Assembly: GCA_946639585.1 (NCBI GenBank)
Contig: CAMPBS010000003.1
Location: 25,595 to 89,594, forward strand
Length of the DNA: 64,000 nucleotides
Source of the DNA: an uncultured Clostridium sp.
GTDB taxonomy: Bacteria > Bacillota > Clostridia > TANB77 > CAG-508
Direction of reading: 5' to 3'
Shown here: one piece after another, positions 59,362 through 64,000 of the stretch
Position numbering within the stretch: the stretch's first letter is position 1
Layout: each line of letters begins with the position of its first letter
The notes under the pieces: model-generated
The model's database searches: none
Told to the model about the DNA's origin: nothing
The model's input: the letters and a program-made list of their open reading frames with translations, nothing else
Program-made: the position numbers and the translations under genes

Positions 59362-60435
59362 TTAAGTAGTACTTATTCTGCTGTTTCTTGACTTGCGATT
59401 TAAAATATTCTTATAAAAATCGCTTTTGTTGTTCAGCATATTTTTCTCGGCTTCGTTTATTACATTTTCCAAAGAAATATGCTTAATTTTTGAGATTTCG
59501 AAACCTACTGCAATGTGATAATTTTTCGCTTCGATTTTTTTAATCATTTCCTGCAGTGAGCTTTCAAGTTTTTCCTTATCTTGGTCTGGGACAAAGGCAA
59601 CGAATTCATCGCCACCAATTCGATAGGTGAGTTCCTCTGAAAAAGCAAATTTAACTTCATTGGCAATGTTTTTCAACATTTTATCGCCGTATTCATGTCC
59701 CTTTTCATTGTTTGCCTCGTGCAAGCCATTAACATCAATATAGATAACGGCAAGTGTCTGCCGACAAATATCTATAATTGACTCGCGTTCGAGTTCGTAT
59801 GCGTTACGATTTCTCATCTGGGTTAACTGGTCAATTCTGCTAATTTCTTGCAGTTGCAATTCTAACATGAAACCTCTGATTCGCATATTGTTTACTACAA
59901 AACCGCTAGCCAAACCTAAAATGGAAAAAATAATTGCATCAATAACATCAACTGATAATACTTCTCCTGTCTTATTGCGATAACACAATATAATGAATAT
60001 CGCTACAAAAATACTTGATATAGATACAACTCTAATGGGCCAATCTATAAAAAGCGTGGGCAGGAAGACCAGTAATACCATAAAGGTTACTGTTTTTCCA
60101 TGTGGGTCTGTAATTGCACCGATTAGGATACCATACATATAATATATAGCGTATGATAAATAAACCAACCATTTAACCAGTTTAAGTGTTTTTCTAACAA
60201 CCGTCAAAGACATAACGGAAATTGCCAACGAGAGTATAAGGCCTGCAACATACACAATTTTATTCTTATTTATTCCATTTGAGAAAAAAGACAAAATAAG
60301 AAGTGCTGCTATTAGTATCGTTGCAAATGTTGACAGTGTTGTTGTCATTGTCAAATTTGCTTTGATTATTTTGGGTTTTATCCGCTCTAAACTACTTTTT
60401 TCAATCTTTGTGTACATAAATGATTTTCTAAGCAT
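59362..60435 (-). CDS. membrane-anchored diguanylate cyclase (GGDEF domain)
   Basis: About six N-terminal TM helices, then ..RIGGDEF.. Strong RBS AAGGAGGG. Two in-frame CGG Arg codons. Confidence 0.85.
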   Translation of the reverse strand: MLRKSFMYTKIEKSSLERIKPKIIKANLTMTTTLSTFATILIAALLILSFFSNGINKNKIVYVAGLILSLAISVMSLTVVRKTLKLVKWLVYLSYAIYYMYGILIGAITDPHGKTVTFMVLLVFLPTLFIDWPIRVVSISSIFVAIFIILCYRNKTGEVLSVDVIDAIIFSILGLASGFVVNNMRIRGFMLELQLQEISRIDQLTQMRNRNAYELERESIIDICRQTLAVIYIDVNGLHEANNEKGHEYGDKMLKNIANEVKFAFSEELTYRIGGDEFVAFVPDQDKEKLESSLQEMIKKIEAKNYHIAVGFEISKIKHISLENVINEAEKNMLNNKSDFYKNILNRKSRNSRISTT

Positions 60436-60659
60436 AAAATTCCCTCCTTGAATCTGATAAAGACAACTAACTACGTAATATGTTTAAACCTTTTATATGA
60501 AATTCCCATTTACGAGAATGACATAATTATACCATAGAAGCAATAGAAAATAAAGTATTTTTTAAAAATCTTTATCAATATAAATACACAAAAAACAGCT
60601 CACCACAAATGAATGGTGAGCTGCTAAAAAAGTTAAGTGAATGAGCTTTCTTTTTTAAC

Positions 60660-60998
60660 TTACCAAGACTCCTTTATTAGTATTGTTTCGGCATATCTGG
60701 AGATTTCGAATACACGTGAAGCAGTATACTCAGAAAATCCGGCATCAGTCATGAGATCGTGAAGCCCCCAAGGACCTTCGCCTCGATAACCTACGCAGAA
60801 TGCGCCAAGAACGTCAATCTGCATATACATGTTGCCTGAAGTATTAAAGAAGAAAGTTACCATGATTCCGTCATGCTCAACAGGGGTAATTATAATCTCT
60901 GTTATTTGTGTTAGGTCAAAATTCCGAAGATATTTGGTTGCAAATTGTGTAGCTCCGGTATCAACGACTGCTTTAAGATAAATAGTTTTCTTAGACAT
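60660..60998 (-). CDS. hypothetical protein
   Basis: 112-aa ORF with its own terminator (CAGCTCACCA..TGGTGAGCTG at about 60596-60625). Locally higher G+C. No family recognised. Confidence 0.45.
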   Translation of the reverse strand: MSKKTIYLKAVVDTGATQFATKYLRNFDLTQITEIIITPVEHDGIMVTFFFNTSGNMYMQIDVLGAFCVGYRGEGPWGLHDLMTDAGFSEYTASRVFEISRYAETILIKESW

Positions 60999-61277
60999 TA
61001 TGAATCCTCTTATGCATAGTAATTGTCCAAATTAATTAATACTAATTGAAAAGATACAAAATTTACCGCTTGACCCAGGATTAGCTTCAGAAGCAATGAT
61101 TGAGGCTGAGAAAACTTCCGAGGAAAGAAAAATTTTTGTAGAATTGGTTAAAAAATCTTACTGAATCTTGAAAAAATTGACATAAAATGGTATAATATAA
61201 GGTATAAGTGGGAATTCGCCCATGAACCACTCATAAGAGTGGAGAACATTGAAAACCGTATTAACAGGAGGTACATT

Positions 61278-61730
61278 ATGGACAAATTTGATTTAATTAT
61301 TGAGAACATTCAGAAAGAGTTACTTGTGCTAAAAGAAATTAACCAGTCGCTACGGGACGAAAATGCTTCTTTAAGAGAGCAACAGGGAATGTCTGTTAAC
61401 AATAATGATATTTACAATATATCATTGAGTGAAGCTAGTGATAATTTTAGTATAGTAGATGATTATTTTGGAAGGAAAACTAGAATGATTTCATGCTTTT
61501 CACGGGCTGGTTATAAGAATCTTGGTGATTTTAAAGACAAAAGTATTCATGATTTAATTAAGGTCAAAAACGCTGGTATAATTTCATGCGCAGTTTTAAT
61601 TGTTCTTTTAGAACATTATGACATTCATATTGATATGTCTTCGGATTGGGATGATGAATATCAAAATATGATTAAAAAAATTTCCGAGGAAATACTAAGA
61701 GTCAGAGAGAAAATGGTATTCAAAAAGTAG
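61278..61730 (+). CDS. hypothetical protein with coiled-coil N-terminus and an RpoA-alpha-CTD-like helix-hairpin-helix
   Basis: ATG 61278 follows AGGAGG (the listed GTG 61239 is unlikely). ..RMISCFSRAGYKNLGDFKDKSIHDLIKVKNAGIIS.. resembles the alpha-CTD pattern R..NCL.RAGI..LGDL...EL.K..N.G..S. Confidence 0.45.
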   Translation: MDKFDLIIENIQKELLVLKEINQSLRDENASLREQQGMSVNNNDIYNISLSEASDNFSIVDDYFGRKTRMISCFSRAGYKNLGDFKDKSIHDLIKVKNAGIISCAVLIVLLEHYDIHIDMSSDWDDEYQNMIKKISEEILRVREKMVFKK

Positions 61731-61894
61731 CCTCCTGTCATATACAGAGGTTTTCCAAAAGTCCCTTTAATTCAAGGGACTTTTTATATTATAGAATAGT
61801 TAAAATGGTAATAGAATAATTGTTTCCATATAGACAGAATAAAAATAATATTGTAAAATAATAATAAATACAAGGATGGAAAGGAGGAAATAGT

Positions 61895-62044
61895 ATGGAT
61901 AAAATTGTAAGATGTGAAAAATGCGGTGCAATGGTAAAAGTTTTAATTGATTGCAAATGCGACAATTGTGGTATTAAATGCTGCAACGAAACTATGAAAG
62001 AAATTTCAGAAGAAGAAGCAAAAAAATATATGGAAAATAAATAG
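61895..62044 (+). CDS. small desulforedoxin-like Cys-rich protein (49 aa, below the ORF-track cutoff)
   Basis: MDKIVRCEKCGAMVKVLIDCKCDNCGIKCCNETMKEI.. after AAGGAGGA. The CxxC..CC spacing resembles desulforedoxin or the Dfx N-terminal domain. Confidence 0.45.
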   Translation: MDKIVRCEKCGAMVKVLIDCKCDNCGIKCCNETMKEISEEEAKKYMENK

Positions 62045-62125
62045 TGATATAATATTATAAAAGTCTTAAAAGGGAATCTTTAAAGATTCTCTTGTGAGGC
62101 TTGTTTATAGAAAAGAGAGTAATAC

Positions 62126-62974
62126 ATGGAAATAATAGTAGGAAAAACAGCTGGATTTTGCTATGGAGTACAAAATGCGGTAACTAAAACAGAAGAATTG
62201 CTAAAAGATAACAAAAACATTTGCTGTTTAGGTGAACTAGTCCATAATGGAGAAGTAATAAAAAAATTAGAAAAAAAGGGATTAAATGTTGTAGAAAACA
62301 TCGAAAACGCGAATGATAAAGTAATTATACGAGCCCATGGAATTCCAAAAGAGATTTATAACAAAGCCCAAAAACTAAATATCGAGATTTTTGATTATAC
62401 ATGTCCAAATGTTTTAAAAATACATAAAATAGCTGAAGAATATGTAAAAAATGGATATTTCATATTTTTGATTGGAAAGAAAGAACATCCAGAAATAATA
62501 GGAACTATCAGCTTTTGCGGAAACAATTCATATGTATTAGAAAAAGCAGATGACACCCCAGAAGCCATCGAAAAATTCAATGAAAGTCATATTAACAGAC
62601 TTCTTATAATAGCACAAACTACGTATAGCTTAGAAAATTTTAAATTAATTGCAGAAAACATAAAAAAAGAGATAACAAGTAATGTTGAATTAGTAATAAA
62701 AAATACAATTTGTAATGCAACAAAGATAAGACAAGAGGAAACAAATAAAATATCTAAAGAGGTCGAATGTATGATAATCGTTGGTGGCAAAAATAGCTCG
62801 AATACCAAGAAATTATATGATATTGCAAAGATAAATTGCCCAAATGCTTTTATAGTTGAAAATAAGGATGAATTGCCAATCGAAAAAATTAAGGATTTTG
62901 AAAAGTTAGGAATAATGGCTGGTGCTTCGACTCCAAGTGAAAGTATAAAAGATATAATCGAACTGATAAGATGA
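62126..62974 (+). CDS. ispH: 4-hydroxy-3-methylbut-2-enyl diphosphate reductase
   Basis: ..GFCYGV.., ..HNGEV.., ..TCPNV.. and ..ICNAT.. cluster cysteines, with a ..SSNT.. motif. Confidence 0.9.
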   Translation: MEIIVGKTAGFCYGVQNAVTKTEELLKDNKNICCLGELVHNGEVIKKLEKKGLNVVENIENANDKVIIRAHGIPKEIYNKAQKLNIEIFDYTCPNVLKIHKIAEEYVKNGYFIFLIGKKEHPEIIGTISFCGNNSYVLEKADDTPEAIEKFNESHINRLLIIAQTTYSLENFKLIAENIKKEITSNVELVIKNTICNATKIRQEETNKISKEVECMIIVGGKNSSNTKKLYDIAKINCPNAFIVENKDELPIEKIKDFEKLGIMAGASTPSESIKDIIELIR

Positions 62975-62984
62975 ATGTGATGTA

Positions 62985-63335
62985 GTGATAATAGTAATAA
63001 TGATGTTATTACTAGGCTTAAATATAGAAAATACTTTCCCTGTTGCTACTTTAATGTATTTTGTTACAATAGGAGTTTTACTTATCACATATTCTGGAAT
63101 GATGAAAGATAAATTTGATATAGAAAAATATAATAATGAAAATACAGATGAATACAAAAAAGTAGATAACAAAATCGGAAGAATCTGTGGAGTTATAATG
63201 CTAACAGCAACAATTATTTTCTTAGTATTGGGATTTGTATTAAATATTTGGTATATAAATTGGATAGTATATCCAATTGGTGGAATATTGTGCGGTATAG
63301 TTGGAACTATATTAAAAAAAGATAATATAAAATAG
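62985..63335 (+). CDS. small hypothetical membrane protein
   Basis: Three or four hydrophobic helices. Start is uncertain (GTG 62985 or ATG 63000). Confidence 0.4.
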   Translation: MIIVIMMLLLGLNIENTFPVATLMYFVTIGVLLITYSGMMKDKFDIEKYNNENTDEYKKVDNKIGRICGVIMLTATIIFLVLGFVLNIWYINWIVYPIGGILCGIVGTILKKDNIK

Positions 63336-63557
63336 AAACAATCTCCTCATTGCACAAAACCTTGATACTAGGCGCTTTTTTGTACCTCTTTTTAGAAAAA
63401 AAGGATGGTACATTTTTTTGCTTATATTTTGAAAAAAATGTTGACAAATATAAAAACATACAATATAATCAGAACAATAGTTCATGTACTAATAGATAAA
63501 TCTTAATGCGTTAATATAAATAATAAGAACTATATTTATAAAAAAGGATGTGTTTAT

Positions 63558-64000
63558 ATGGACGAAAAAAATAATGAAATTATCTTATTTGAAAATCAGG
63601 GTGTAAAGTTAGAGGTGAATTTAAGAGAGGAAACTGTATGGCTAACTCAAGCACAAATGGGAATACTATTTGATGTTAAGCAAGCAACTTTAAGTGAACA
63701 TATTAGCAATATTTTTAAAGAAGGAGAACTGGATGAAAAAACTTCTATCGGAATTTCCGATAAAAGTTCTGGAGGAAGAAAATCCAAATTATACAATTTA
63801 GATGTTATCATTTCAGTTGGATATCGTGTAAAATCAAAAAATGGTGTAATATTTAGAAAATGGGCAAATAAAATCCTAAAAGATTATATGCTAAAAGGTT
63901 ATGCAATTAATCAAAAGAGACTAGAATACTTAGAAAAGACTGTCCAACTAATAGATATTGCAAATCGCATAGATGAACGATTAGAAGGCGATGAAGCAAA
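63558..64000 (+). CDS. RhuM-family protein, 3' end outside window
   Basis: ..ILFENQGVKLEV..ETVWLTQAQMG.LF..ATLSEHI.NIF.EGEL..KLYNLDVIISVGYRVKS..G..FRKWA.. is the RhuM pattern. The frame is open to the window end. Confidence 0.6.
   Translation, partial: MDEKNNEIILFENQGVKLEVNLREETVWLTQAQMGILFDVKQATLSEHISNIFKEGELDEKTSIGISDKSSGGRKSKLYNLDVIISVGYRVKSKNGVIFRKWANKILKDYMLKGYAINQKRLEYLEKTVQLIDIANRIDERLEGDEA

Noticed and set aside
61063-61164. Annotating the open frame ..LPLDPGLASEAMIEAEKTSEERKIFVELVKKSY as a gene.
   Set aside because: It has no start codon or RBS and only about 34 codons. I mention it only as a possible remnant within the accessory-patch finding.

Overview
The window is low-GC DNA (hand-counted housekeeping lines are about 28-30% G+C) from an endospore-forming Firmicute that looks Clostridia-like. 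I cannot name the species. Almost all genes are on the + strand.

Gene content, left to right:
- A complete spoIIIAA-AH operon.
- pfkA, a P-type Mg2+ ATPase (mgtA), spoIIM-xerD, an LtaS-type sulfatase and ruvB.
- A glycolytic block: eno, pgk, tpiA, gpmI.
- A TetR/CPBP/MFS trio.
- pta followed by two tandem acetate-kinase paralogues, then trpS.
- A GC-rich purA-like gene and an orphan dpaB.
- A tyrosine recombinase and a GH30 hydrolase on the minus strand.
- tRNA-His and two tRNA-Gln.
- A long, fragmented type II fatty-acid synthesis cluster: rpmF, acyl-CoA/ACP-ligase-like gene, short birA, fabD, fabG, fabF, accB, fabZ, accC, then accD, accA, natAB-like ABC transporter, fabI, acpP.
- A Y-family polymerase with a yolD-like gene, an RNA m5C methyltransferase, a GGDEF cyclase island, ispH, and a RhuM-like gene cut by the window end.

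I saw no rRNA, CRISPR array, obvious prophage or complete IS.

Four things stand out:
1. All five reading-frame breaks in the window (spoIIIAE x2, mgtA x1, dpaB x2) fall on an in-frame CGG codon. Each must be continued in the +1 frame on the overlapping GGN glycine codon. I found in-frame CGG nowhere else in the low-GC housekeeping genes, but GC-richer accessory genes use it as Arg.
2. A three-copy GC-rich intergenic element of about 95 nt is bracketed in each copy by a perfect A/T-only inverted repeat whose sequence differs between copies.
3. A dispersed GGGAGTGTCCC hairpin/foldback family includes one copy inserted inside the spoIIIA operon.
4. A promoter/operator cassette of about 55 nt recurs three times in front of fatty-acid genes, and no cognate regulator is visible in the window.

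All calls come from reading the sequence and ORF translations by eye. No searches were run.
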